Assembly: GCF_001194135.2 (NCBI RefSeq)
Contig: NC_068991.1
Span: forward strand, 3,709,175-3,754,581
From: Octopus bimaculoides
Taxonomy: Eukaryota
Direction of reading: 5' to 3'
Length of the DNA: 45,407 nt
Made by a program: the position numbers and the translations under genes. The notes beneath the pieces were generated by a model that saw only the letters and a list, made by a program, of their open reading frames with translations, did no database searches and had not been told where the DNA came from. The first letter of the stretch is position 1; each line of letters starts with the position of its first letter. Shown one piece after another: positions 24,526 to 35,316 of this stretch.

Positions 24526-25245
24526 CTGGGTATAGAAATAAATTAATAAACATAATTTAAATATATAATATACATATATGTATACAGTTTACATACACAC
24601 ACACACATATATATATGTGTGTGTGGCTTTTACCCTTTTTGTTTATGTGTTGTGTTTGAATTACCAGGCTGTATTCGTCCTTGTCTTTCATTATGTAATT
24701 GCTGATCTTAGCCACTCTTAACGTAACCTGACCTTGGTGACTTACCCAACCCTCACCTCAAATTTAAGGCCTTGTGCCTATAGTAAAAAGGATTATTATT
24801 ATTGTTGTTATTATTAAAGTGATGGGCTGTCAGACAAAACGTTTCGCAACATTTATGTCGGGAGTTCGAATTCTGCTCATGTTAATTTCAGTTTTAATTA
24901 TTTCAGGGTTGATACAATAAGTACCAGTTAAGTACTGGGGTCAACGTAATTGACAAGCCCCCTTCAATAAAATTGCTGGTCTTGTGCCAAAATTTGAAAG
25001 AATTATTATTATTATTATTACAAAAAACAGATGCATTTTGTCCTTGAAATGGTCCTCGCCTTGTAGTCTCTGGGTAACACAAACAGAAACAAATATATAC
25101 TTTTGTAATGTTAGAAAACACACACACGTGGACATGCGCATACACACGTGCACATGTGTGCACTCACACAAGCACATGCACACACACATTCATACATAAA
25201 ACTTGCAATGTATCTCGTATCCTAAACAGTAAATTGGAACCTTAC

Positions 25246-25351
25246 CAAGCACCCAGTTTAATATTCCGCTTTGATTGGAGGAAGAAGTTTCTGGTATGAT
25301 CCAAACCAAAATAGTGAGGGTCACTCAAGTTTGCAAAAATTGTCCACTTTA
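25246..25351 (-). CDS. ABHD12: ABHD12-like exon (KWTIFANLSDPHYFGLDHTRNFFLQSKRNIKLGA-W)
   Basis: ttgcag| ... TG|gtaag; 106 nt; resembles the ABHD12 GLNHT-NYYL...IGVW segment. Confidence 0.92.
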
Positions 25352-25859
25352 CTGCAAGAATAAAAGAGAATTTATCGGTTCAGTTAGTGCTAGCATATTT
25401 CATTCTGTAAACATTACAAACATAATTCACAATAAACTAAAAAGATAAATTAAATATAGAGATATACTATTAGCAATCCAATAATTTACTTATATTATAA
25501 TATTACATGATATACTATGAATATAACATAATATTATATAACATAAACAATTATTTTTAAAAATCCCTTATATATAAAGTTACCTCAGGGTCATGGTCTA
25601 AAGACAGACAAAATTCCATGTGAAAGGATGGCTGGATTGTAAAAATTAATTCAAATGTCTATATGTATCATTCAAAATAATTTTTTGGCCTTTTATAGGT
25701 TTTTTTTAAATAATCGTTTATGTTATATAATATCATGTTATATTATATTCATAGTATATCATGTAATATTATAATAGAAATATATTATTGGATTGTCAAT
25801 AGTATCTATCTATTTATTTTATCTTTAATTTTTTTTTTTCTCCGTGTTTTTCTCCTTGT

Positions 25860-26004
25860 CTCCGTATTCTTTCTGTTGAAAAGCATAGCTCGAAACGTCA
25901 AAGACTTTCCGTATTCCCGAGCGTCATATTAATATATACTTTTGTTATTTACACCACCTGTCCTCGTCTGTTGTCATTATTTGTATATTCTCCCATATAT
26001 ATAT

Positions 26005-26037
<33 letters not shown>

Positions 26038-26305
26038 TAAATAATATATATATATATGCATATATACATACACATATGTACATGCCTACATATATATGTA
26101 TATATACAGGCATATATGGGTACAGGACGTCAAAAAAAAAAACGTGAACAAAATGAAAAACAAGGACATAAAAAAACAAAAACATGGAAAACGAATTCTT
26201 TTTCAAACAATGAAAGAAACAAATAGAGAAACGAGATAGGTAACATATGGAACAATCCCTTCATCAGTTGTCCCCTGTTTTATCTTACTCCGCGTTTCGA
26301 ATATA
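25860..26305 (+). mobile_element. Penelope-like terminal-repeat-derived element with internal microsatellite
   Basis: 25860-26000 is homologous (inverted) to 20230-20375 and 8420-8535; all carry the hammerhead motif. Confidence 0.55.
25869..25903 (+). ncRNA. Minimal hammerhead motif in a Penelope-like terminal repeat, variant core
   Basis: cttt-CTGTTGA-aaagcatagctc-GAAAC-GTC-aaag; stem I cttt/aaag; palindromic ACGT stem III. Confidence 0.55.
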
Positions 26306-26443
26306 TATATATATATAGGAAATAGTGGCACAACAATGTACCAATGCTTGCTGGAAATAGCAGTCAATAACCGTACGATGCTATTGTAAAGGTTTACTGA
26401 AAGTATAAAGGCAAAGATGTGTGCTTATCACTGTGTTACATAC

Positions 26444-26574
26444 CTCGGTTTGAGAATATCACAAAGTTGCTGATTTCTGGGAACGTCCAGAATAATACTG
26501 GTAGCAAGCCATGTGTGCAGAAAGCAATGACCAAGAAGAAACACAAGAGGCTTTTAACACCTGATAGACATGCC
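26444..26574 (-). CDS. ABHD12: ABHD12-like exon, transmembrane anchor (ACLSGVKSLLCFFLVIAFCTHGLLPVLFWTFPEISNFVIFSNR)
   Basis: ttccag| ... G|gtatgt; 131 nt; hydrophobic helix followed by P-x-I...IF-x-N as in ABHD12; phase fits next exon. Confidence 0.88.
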
Positions 26575-27179
26575 CTGGAACGAAGAAAGATGACGGACAT
26601 TGGTAAAATTCATAAAAGAAACAACAAACACCAATTGGAAAGAGAAAACAGCAACAGGTGGGATTTGAAACCTGAATGTATTATTTCTTAAAATGAACTG
26701 AATGGAAACAAAATGCATGCGGTTTGTAAATATAGCACGAGGCTGAATACAAGGAGGAAGTCTACCTGGGACACACAGTGAATGCGTGCTGAGATATGGA
26801 GGCTGAAATCTTAACCCTTTCGTTACCAATCTGGCCAAAACCGGTTCTGGCTCAGTGGTACAAATGTCTTGTTTTCATAAGTTTTGAATTAAAATCTTCC
26901 ACCAAACCTTAATCCCAATTTATCTGCACAGGAGCCATTCGGGGTTGGAGGGCTGGCATAAACCATGTTCGGCTGGTGTTTTTTGTGTTTTTTNNNNNNN
27001 NNNNNNNNNNNNNNNNNNNNNNNNNNNNNNNNNNNNNNNNNNNNNNNNNNNNNNNNNNNNNNNNNNNNNNNNNNNNNNNNNNNNNNNNNNNNNNNNNNNN
27101 NNNNNNNNNNNNNNNNNNNNNNNNNNNNNNNNNNNNNNNNNNNNNNNTAAAAAGCAATCACTCACTTGGTACATTTTGT

Positions 27180-27470
27180 ATTCTTCTTTTTGTTGTTGCT
27201 TTTGTTGATGGTTTTATTGCTGTTGGCTTTGTTGTTGTTGTTGGCAGTTTTATTGTTGTTGTTGTTGTTGTTGGCAGTTTTATTGTTGTTTTTGTTGGCT
27301 TTATTATTGTTGTTGTTGGCTTTGTTGTTGTTGTTGGCAGTTTTATTGTTGTTGTTGGTGGCAGTTTTATTGTTGGTGTTGTTGGCAGTTTTATTGTTGT
27401 TGTTTTTGTTGGCTTTATTATTGTTGTTGTTGCTTTTGTTATTGTTTTTGCTGGTGTTGTCAGTTTTGTC
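27180..27470. repeat. Higher-order (GTT)n minisatellite with ggcagttttatt / ggctttatt spacers
   Basis: Directly visible; explains the three overlapping low-complexity ORFs at 27158-27636. Confidence 0.9.
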
Positions 27471-27714
27471 GTTGTTCTTTTCACTTTTCTTTTTGTTCTT
27501 ATTTTTCTCGTTCGTATTTTCTCCCATTTTTTTCATTTACAGCAGCAACTGTGAAAGAGAAGACATGGAATTACCAGACGCCACATGGCAATCAATAGAC
27601 AACAGAATATCACATACAGCCACTGGACCGCACTAGTTTGCACCACATTACGCTGCACTATAACGTCGCATATCACACCAGATTGCAAACACAACACCAC
27701 ACTGCATCGGACCC

Positions 27715-27833
27715 ATTTTCCAAGTTTAGGAACCTTTCCAAGTTGTTGAAGATGACGATGGTTTGAACTAAGCTTTATTGCCAATTCTTCAACTGATAAT
27801 GCAGAATTTTCTTCAAGTAATACCTTAAGGAGC
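27715..27833 (-). mobile_element. Mariner transposase fragment (HTH region)
   Basis: LLKVLLEENSALSVEELAIKLSSNHRHLQQLGKVPKLGKWV resembles mariner ELA-x-KL...RHL...GKV-x-KLGKWVPHEL. Confidence 0.85.
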
Positions 27834-28204
27834 CTGTAGGCGCAAGCGTAGATGTATGGTAAGAAGCTTGCTAAAAAAAAAAATTTAGTACTCGGGTCGA
27901 TTCATTCCACCAAAAATTCTTCAAGGTAGTGCCCCAGTATGGCCACAGTCGAATGACTGAAACAAGTAAATGATATGATGAGGGGGTTGGGGAAGATAAT
28001 CGTAATCTACAACTTCGGTAGCAAATCACTGCAAACCTTCTTTTGGTGTTTGGGATGCGGGTGGACTGGGGCACTAAACTGTAGTTATACCCAATGAGAT
28101 AGATACGGTTGTAACTATATCTGCTGGATACTCACTGACGTGGAACTAAATTTACACAATTATAAAGAATGAATGAATGGCTAAGTCAAGGAATGGTCGA
28201 TAAT

Positions 28205-28457
28205 GTTATATCGACCCCGAAAAGAGAAAAGGCAAAATGGACTTCAGACGGATTTAAATTCGAAATGTAATGAATCGGAAGAAATATCGCTAAGCAGTTT
28301 GTCCGACGCACCAACGATTCTGCCAGCCTACCACCTTAATAATAATAATAATAATAAGTGAAAGTAAAGAATACGTACAACCGGTGGTTAGGGTTTAGGA
28401 TTAGGATTAGGGGTTTTGTTACGCCGAAAACGGATGGTGTACGTATTCTTTGCCTCC

Positions 28458-28499
<42 letters not shown>

Positions 28500-29015
28500 G
28501 TAGTAGTTTCAAATTTTGCCACAAAGGTAACTATTTTTGGGAAGAGGGTAAGTCGATTACATCGACCCCAGTGGTTGAACTGGTACTTAATTTATCGACC
28601 CGAAAGGATGAAAGGGCAAAGTCGACCTCGGAGGAATTTGAACTCAGAACGTAGCAGCTGACGAAAAAATAATGGTAATAAGAATAAGAATAATAATCTT
28701 TTCTAGTAAATCACAAGACTTGAAATGTTGGAGGTGGTGGGGGTGTGACAATCGATTATATCGACCCCCAGTGCTTAGTTGGTACTTATTTCATGGACCC
28801 TGAAAGGATAAAAGGCTGAGTCGACCTCGGCGAAATTTGAATTCGGAATCTAATGAACCGAAAAATGATAATTCTTTTTGCCATGGGGCACAAAACCTGG
28901 AATTTTGTGAGGAGGCGACCAGTCGAGAGCATCGATCTCATTGCTCATTAAGTCCCGAAAGGACGAAAGGCAAAAAGCCGACCTGGGCGGAATTTGAACT
29001 CAAAATGTAATGAAC
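28205..29015 (-). mobile_element. Cluster of four same-orientation SINE family A remnants separated by (AAT)n tracts
   Basis: gaaagg..aaaggcaaa.gtcgacctcgg..gaatttgaactc recurs at about 28220, 28600, 28800 and 28960. Confidence 0.85.
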
Positions 29016-29121
29016 TAAGAAAAAAAAAAAAAAATGAGAATAAAAGTGGTAAATAATGGGAAAAAAAAACCCAAAAAAAAAAACCGGCAAGAATCGAACT
29101 GGATAAAAAATAATTACTTAC

Positions 29122-29179
29122 CAGCGATGACAAAAGATATCAATCAAAGAAGCAGAAGCGAGTTTAAATAAAGGTTGAA
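29122..29179 (-). CDS. ABHD12: ABHD12-like gene, most upstream identified exon (QPLFKLASASLIDIFCHR-W); coding status less certain
   Basis: cccag| acceptor and TG|gtaagt donor; 58 nt, phase 1 to 2; open in the frame that joins TG|G (Trp) to the next exon; no recognisable homology on its own. Confidence 0.55.
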
Positions 29180-29634
29180 CTGGGAAGTATATAAGAATAT
29201 ATACACAGAATATATACACATGTATATATCTATGACTCTATATGGATATTGACGTGTGGCCTTTTATTTAGCTCTCGTCTTCTCTTACTTTTTCCTTCTT
29301 GCCCCCGTCTTTTTTTTTTTTTTACTGCAGTCAACATCCAGTCCACGAAAGAAAGAAGAAAAAAATATCAGAAAGTGGTTCAACTTGTATTGAAAACGAA
29401 TTTTTTTCTCACACACCTTTATAATTTGGTCTTTTGATTTGTTATCAGCCAGGTCATATCGTATAACTGAGTTTTCGTTTTTTTTTTAAATGGCTGAGGT
29501 CAAAGATCAAACTGTAGTAACGACAGCAACTTTAAATTGACAACAACAACAACGCAACGAAATAGGTGCGAGATTTCGGTAAAATTTAAACCTAGAAAAT
29601 GAAAAAAAAAAGAAAAAAAGAAGTAATTTAGAAG

Positions 29635-29804
29635 GTATGTATAAGAGTGTGGGTGTATATATATACATATATATGACTGTGTCCGTGTGTATACATATAA
29701 TGCGTGTATATATATATATATATATATATAAGTGGATATATGTATGTAAATATATATATATAAATGGATATGTATATGTACATATATATACATGTGTATG
29801 TATG

Positions 29805-29851
<47 letters not shown>

Positions 29852-29859
29852 AGTGTATA

Positions 29860-29907
<48 letters not shown>

Positions 29908-30025
29908 ATATATACATACATATAAGTGTATATATATATATATATATATACATGAATGGATGTGTGTGTGTACATATATATAAGTAGATGTATGTGTGTA
30001 AGAGTATGTGTGTGTGTGTGTGTTT
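29635..30025. repeat. (TA)n/(TG)n-rich compound microsatellite
   Basis: Directly visible. Confidence 0.9.
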
Positions 30026-30564
30026 TAAGAGAGAATGGGGTAAAAAGATATGGGTGTGTCCACGTGCGCGTAGGTAAACTCCTGACTAGACTGAAATATA
30101 TANNNNNNNNNNNNNNNNNNNNNNNNNNNNNNNNNNNNNNNNNNNNNNNNNNNNNNNNNNNNNNNNNNNNNNNNNNNNNNNNNNNNNNNNNNNNNNNNNN
30201 NNNNNNNNNNNNNNNNNNNNNNNNNNNNNNNNNNNNNNNNNNNNNNNNNNNNNNNNNNNNNNNNNNNNNNNNNNNNNNNNNNNNNNNNNNNNNNNNNNNN
30301 NNNNNNNNNNNNNNNNNNNNNNNNNNNNNNNNNNNNNNNNNNNNNNNNNNNNNNNNNNNNNNNNNNNNNNNNNNNNNNNNNNNNNNNNNNNNNNNNNNNN
30401 NNNNNNNNNNNNNNNNNNNNNNNNNNNNNNNNNNNNNNNNNNNNNNNNNNNNNNNNNNNNNNNNNNNNNNNNNNNNNNNNNNNNNNNNNNNNNNNNNNNN
30501 NNNNNNNNNNNNNNNNNNNNNNNNNNNNNNNNNNNNNNNNNNNNNNNNNNNNNNNNNNNNNNNN

Positions 30565-30592
<28 letters not shown>

Positions 30593-30595
<3 letters not shown>

Positions 30596-31027
30596 GAGGC
30601 TCCATAACTTAGCACTTAGTTCTATCTCTTTATCAATTAATTCCTAGCTAACCTCTTCTCCATAGTTCCAAGTTGTCATCTCAATGTAGAAACCTCCACC
30701 AACAACATCGCCACCTTTCGAGAGAGCCATAAACCATATCTATTTATTTAACCACTTTTCTGCTGCTGTGGTAGCTAGCTGCTCCTGCTAATAAGGCCAA
30801 CCATTCTACTCTAATACTGGCCAAACAACTCCTCCACCAGGACCAGTAAAACGGATGGAAACTAGAGCACCACGGTTGCCACCCCCATAATTAAAGCCAA
30901 GACAATCAGCAGTAACCCTGTAGGTACTACCGTTGCGTTTGGTGTTAGCACAATTACTATACTACAATTGTGTCAAGTATGACTCTGTCACACCAATAGT
31001 TACTGTCTTCTCAGCCAAGCCATGTTT
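30593..31027 (-). other. Coding-like frame of 145 codons interrupted only by five TAG codons; unknown protein (recoded gene fragment or pseudogene)
   Basis: Manual translation: KHGLAEKTVTIGVTESYLTQL*YSNCANTKRNGSTYRVTADCLGFNYGGGNRGALVSIRFTGPGGGVVWPVLE*NGWPY*QEQLATTAAEKWLNK*IWFMALSKGGDVVGGGFYIEMTTWNYGEEVS*ELIDKEIELSAKLWSLV; no TAA/TGA; GGT/GCT/GTT/ACT-rich codon periodicity; no family recognised. Confidence 0.6.
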
Positions 31028-31367
31028 TTAAATACGACACCAGAGACAAAGTCATGGAGAGAGAGAGAGAGACCAGGAGAGAGAGAGACTAGGAGAGAGA
31101 GAGAGACTAAGAGAGTGGTAGAGAGAGAGTCTACAGGTTATAGGGTTTCCTGGTCTGCTAAAAATAGTAGCCATTTCAAATCCCATTCAAATCACGTACG
31201 TTATTGTTTTGTCGAGGAAAAAAAGGGTCTCTTGAAAGCGAGAGAAAGAGGAAAAGAGAAACTCAACAGGCTACATGGTTTCTTGTTGCCCTGCTAGAAA
31301 TAGCAGCCAAAGTTTCATAGAAATCACGAACGTTACTGAATTTGAAATAAAGAGTAAAGAATACACT

Positions 31368-31414
<47 letters not shown>

Positions 31415-32110
31415 AAGAGAGAGAAACTCTACAAGCTACAAAGTCTCCTGGGCTGCTAGAAGTAGCAGCCAAAATCCCAAATTACATACGTTACACTGTC
31501 TTGGGAAAAGAAAAAGAAAGGAACTACATGTATACATACACACAGACATCGTTGCATAGTTTGGGAGAATCTGTATTTATAAATACTCTAGACTAGCGAG
31601 TTCATGATGGACTCTTTTGTGATTTCTCGGAGCGAATAAAAAACTTTCCTGGCGCTCTGAAGATCAAATAAAAAACTTTCCTGGCGTATTTCTAATGGAA
31701 AGTTTTACAAATTAATAAACTAGGATTTAAAAGTTAGAAATTTCCCCAAAAAAGAAACCATGGGAACGAAACTTGTTCACGTTTTATTAACTATACTTGT
31801 ATTTAATTAAATTTTGACTGACACAGTTTTCAGGTCAGTCAGTCATTAGTCTCGATTGACTGATGCATTAGATTATGTATATTTTTTTTTATCTTTTACT
31901 TGTTGCAGTCATTGGATTGTGGCCATGCTGGAGCACCGCCTTGTAGAGAAATTGATTCCAGCACTTATTTTAAAGTTTGGTTGGTCTACTGAACCGCTGT
32001 TTTGGGGACGTAAGCAAGGCAACATCGGTTGTCAAACAATGGACACGCGCCATATATATGTATGTAGGTATATACGTATGTGTGTATGCATGTATGTATG
32101 TATGTATGTA

Positions 32111-32145
<35 letters not shown>

Positions 32146-35103
32146 ATGTATGTATGTATGTATATCGATCCGGTACTCGCCTTGTACTTTATTTGATCGA
32201 CCTCGACCCGATAAAGAGTATTGTCGACCTCGGCCTGATTTGAACTTTGCGCCCCCCCAGTCTCACATTTATGGCATTGTGCCAACTTAACGAATCAATA
32301 TTCGGTAAAAACCTACTTAATTAGTAGATCGACTTAGCATGGACCGAGTGAACTAGTTAATCACGTGATTGATAAGCGTTGCTAATGTAGTGTTGGAGCA
32401 TAATGGCAATGGTGGTGGTGGTGGTGGTGGTGGAGGTAAACACAGCGGGGATAGAGAAAGAAGGGTGAGATGGGGGTGGGGATAAGAAGTGGGGGAGAGT
32501 GGGGTGTTGAGAGAAGAAAGTAAGGAAGAAAAACTAGTGGGAAAGAGAGAGAATAGGGGAAAGAAAGAGAAGGAAGAGAGAGATAGAGAGAGAGACAGAG
32601 AGAAGAGAACGGGAAAGAGAGACAAACAGAAAGGCACACAACGGGAGAGAGAGGAGGGGGAGAGAGGGTCAAACAAACAGAGAGAGAGATGAAGAAGAAG
32701 AAGAAGAAGAAGAAGAAAAAAAAACGGCACCAAAAACAACAAAAGCAATAATTACAAGGAAGGAAGGAAGGAAGGAAATGCAAGTCAAAGAAGAAGTCAC
32801 TTTGTGGTCGATTGAGATGCAGGAAATAGCAGCTAAATGTCCTTCATATTCTAGCCTACCGTTAAAAACGGAAGGACATATTGAATAGTGCACCCTTAGA
32901 TACACTACATCTGAAAAATAAGATGGGACAGTCATAGATGGAACGCCTCCAGCCTGATCAGATTTGGTGCCAATCAACACGTTATCCAGATCTGTGTTGG
33001 TCTACATTAATCAAAGTGCAGTGTCACTAAACCCACTTTATTAGACTATGAAAGATATCCTTCGTAGCTTCAGAGTGCGGAGTCAGTGACTCCGCTAAAT
33101 TCTCTACAGCCCAGCGGCACCGTTCCATGAGTGAAACACCTCAGCTACGAAAAGCGCAAAATAATAATATTATAGGCGTAAAATTTTGGCACAAGGCCAG
33201 CAATTTCGGGTGAGTGTGCAAGTCGATTACATCGACTCCAGTGTTTCACCGGTATTTATTTTATCGACCTCGAAAGGACGAAAAGCAAAGTCGACATCGA
33301 TGGAATTTGAACTCAGAATGTAGCGGCAAACGGAATACCTCTAACATTTCGCCTGGCCTGCTAACTTTTCTTATTTCTTTACTGCCCAGAAGGAGCTAAA
33401 CACAGAGTGGACAAACAAGGACAGACAAAGGAATTAAGTCGATTGTATCGACCCCAGTGCATAACTGGTACTTTATTCATCAACTCCGAAAGGATGAAAG
33501 GCAAAGTCGACCTCGGTCGAATCTGAACTCAGAACGTAACGGCAGACGAAATACCGCCAAGCATTCCTCCCGGCGTGCTAACGATTCTGCCAGCTCGCTG
33601 CCTCAATACATAAAGCGCCTGCCGCCAAAAGGTGCCATCACAATCTGATCACCCTTTGTCCTCTCTTTTAGCTACTCTCATCAACAGGATGCGATTCCAG
33701 TGAGATTTGAGGGAAATTTAACTGTTTTTTCCAGCCACAACAAATATCGGGGTTAAATGTTCAGGCGATGAGATCGACTCGCTTTTTATTGCACTGTTGA
33801 TTACAACATATCTTGATTACCAAGCAACGGCTCAATTAATTTATCAGCACTAAAGCCGAGCAGTTAATGAATATGACTGAGAGCTGTTAGTGGTTTGGAC
33901 TTTGTACTTCTTTTATCAGGGAGATAGCGAGCAATTCTGAAGGGGGCGACCGCTTGGGGGGGGGGGGNNNNNNNNNNNNNNNNNNNNNNNNNNNNNNNNN
34001 NNNNNNNNNNNNNNNNNNNNNNNNNNNNNNNNNNNNNNNNNNNNNNNNNNNNNNNNNNNNNNNNNNNNNNNNNNNNNNNNNNNNNNNNNNNNNNNNNNNN
34101 NNNNNNNNNNNNNNNNNNNNNNNNNNNNNNNNNNNNNNNNNNNNNNNNNNNNNNNNNNNNNNNNNNNNNNNNNNNNNNNNNNNNNNNNNNNNNNNNNNNN
34201 NNNNNNNNNNNNNNNNNNNNNNNNNNNNNNNNNNNNNNNNNNNNNNNNNNNNNNNNNNNNNNNNNNNNNNNNNNNNNNNNNNNNNNNNNNNNNNNNNACA
34301 GGCAGACACACACACACACACGCACATAGACAGAAAGACAGACAGGCAGACACACACACACACACACGCACACAGACAGACAGACGCGCGTGCAGACAGA
34401 CACAGACACAGACACAGACAGACAGACAAACACACACACATACGGACACACACACACACACACACACACAGGTTAAGAATTTCGCTCTGCAACCAGGTGG
34501 TCTCGTAGTCAACCGCGGGAGTCAACCGTGCGCTCCATTCTCTGCGTGCTTCGAGGATGTATGAGCTTGGCGCATGCGTAGTCCCACACTAACTCGCACA
34601 TGCTTCTCCCCCACAACATCTGTAGATGGGTGTCTGTGTGGGTCGGGTAGTGATTTGAGGATGTCAGTATGTGTGCGTATTTGTGGGTATTTGTGCACAA
34701 GCGCGTATCTATTGGTTTCCGCAGCGCTTGACTGTTGGGTCAGTGTTGGTTTGTTAACGTTCCCGTAACCTATCGGTCCGGTTAAAGAAACCCGATAGAC
34801 CAAGTACCACACTTATGAAGAATAATCACTAGGGAAGATTTGTTCGAGAACCCTCCTCCAGCAGTCAATGTGATGCTCCAGCATGGCCACAATCAAAGGA
34901 ATAACATAAATAAATGCTAAAGCACGCGAAATGTGAACACACACACACACTTACACGAAAGATTTGGTGCATGGGAGATAACCAAAATTATTATTAATCT
35001 TATTATTTCCCTTGAATTTGCATTTCATCTAAGGGAGGTAACTGGCTTTTTTAAAAACATTTTCTGAAAGATTTTTCTTTTTCTTTTCCCATTTTCAATA
35101 ATC

Positions 35104-35316
35104 TTTTCTGTACTCTAGGCACAAGGCCCGAAATTTTTGGGAAGCGGGGTCAGTCGATTAGACCGACCCCAGTACGCAGCTGGTACTTAATTTATCGACC
35201 CCGAAAAGATGAAAGTCAAAGTCGACCTCGGCGGAATTTGAACTCAGAACTTAGAGACAGACGAAATACCGCTAAGCATTTCGCCCGGCGTGCTAACGAT
35301 TCTGCCAGCTCGCCGC
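35104..35316 (-). mobile_element. SINE family A, best-preserved copy (ggcggcgagctggcagaatcgttagc...ccttgtgcctagagtagaaaag)
   Basis: Further copies at about 200-388(+), 2253-2447(-), 3281-3501(+), 11020-11200(-), 11760-11985(+), 15298-15480(-), 24900-25010(+), 33180-33365(-), 33435-33603(-), 36965-37070(-), 44942-45150(+). Confidence 0.92.

Noticed and set aside
26255-26300. GAAAC...CTGATGA on the minus strand as another hammerhead
   Set aside because: Core halves are in permuted order without convincing stems or cleavage triplet.
30565-30594. Poly(A) as the tail of a processed pseudogene of the TAG-interrupted frame
   Set aside because: It is poly(T) on that frame's sense strand; more likely the tail of something inside the gap.
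32669-33160. ORF with VLIGTKSD resembling a small-GTPase NKxD motif, and weak transposase-like words on the plus strand
   Set aside because: No other GTPase motifs or splice sites; frames contain mixed TAA/TGA/TAG stops; at most an unidentified decayed element.
34955-34972. ATG CAC CAA ATC TTT CGT|gtaagt as the first coding exon
   Set aside because: Phase 0 donor is incompatible with the phase-1 and phase-2 acceptors downstream.
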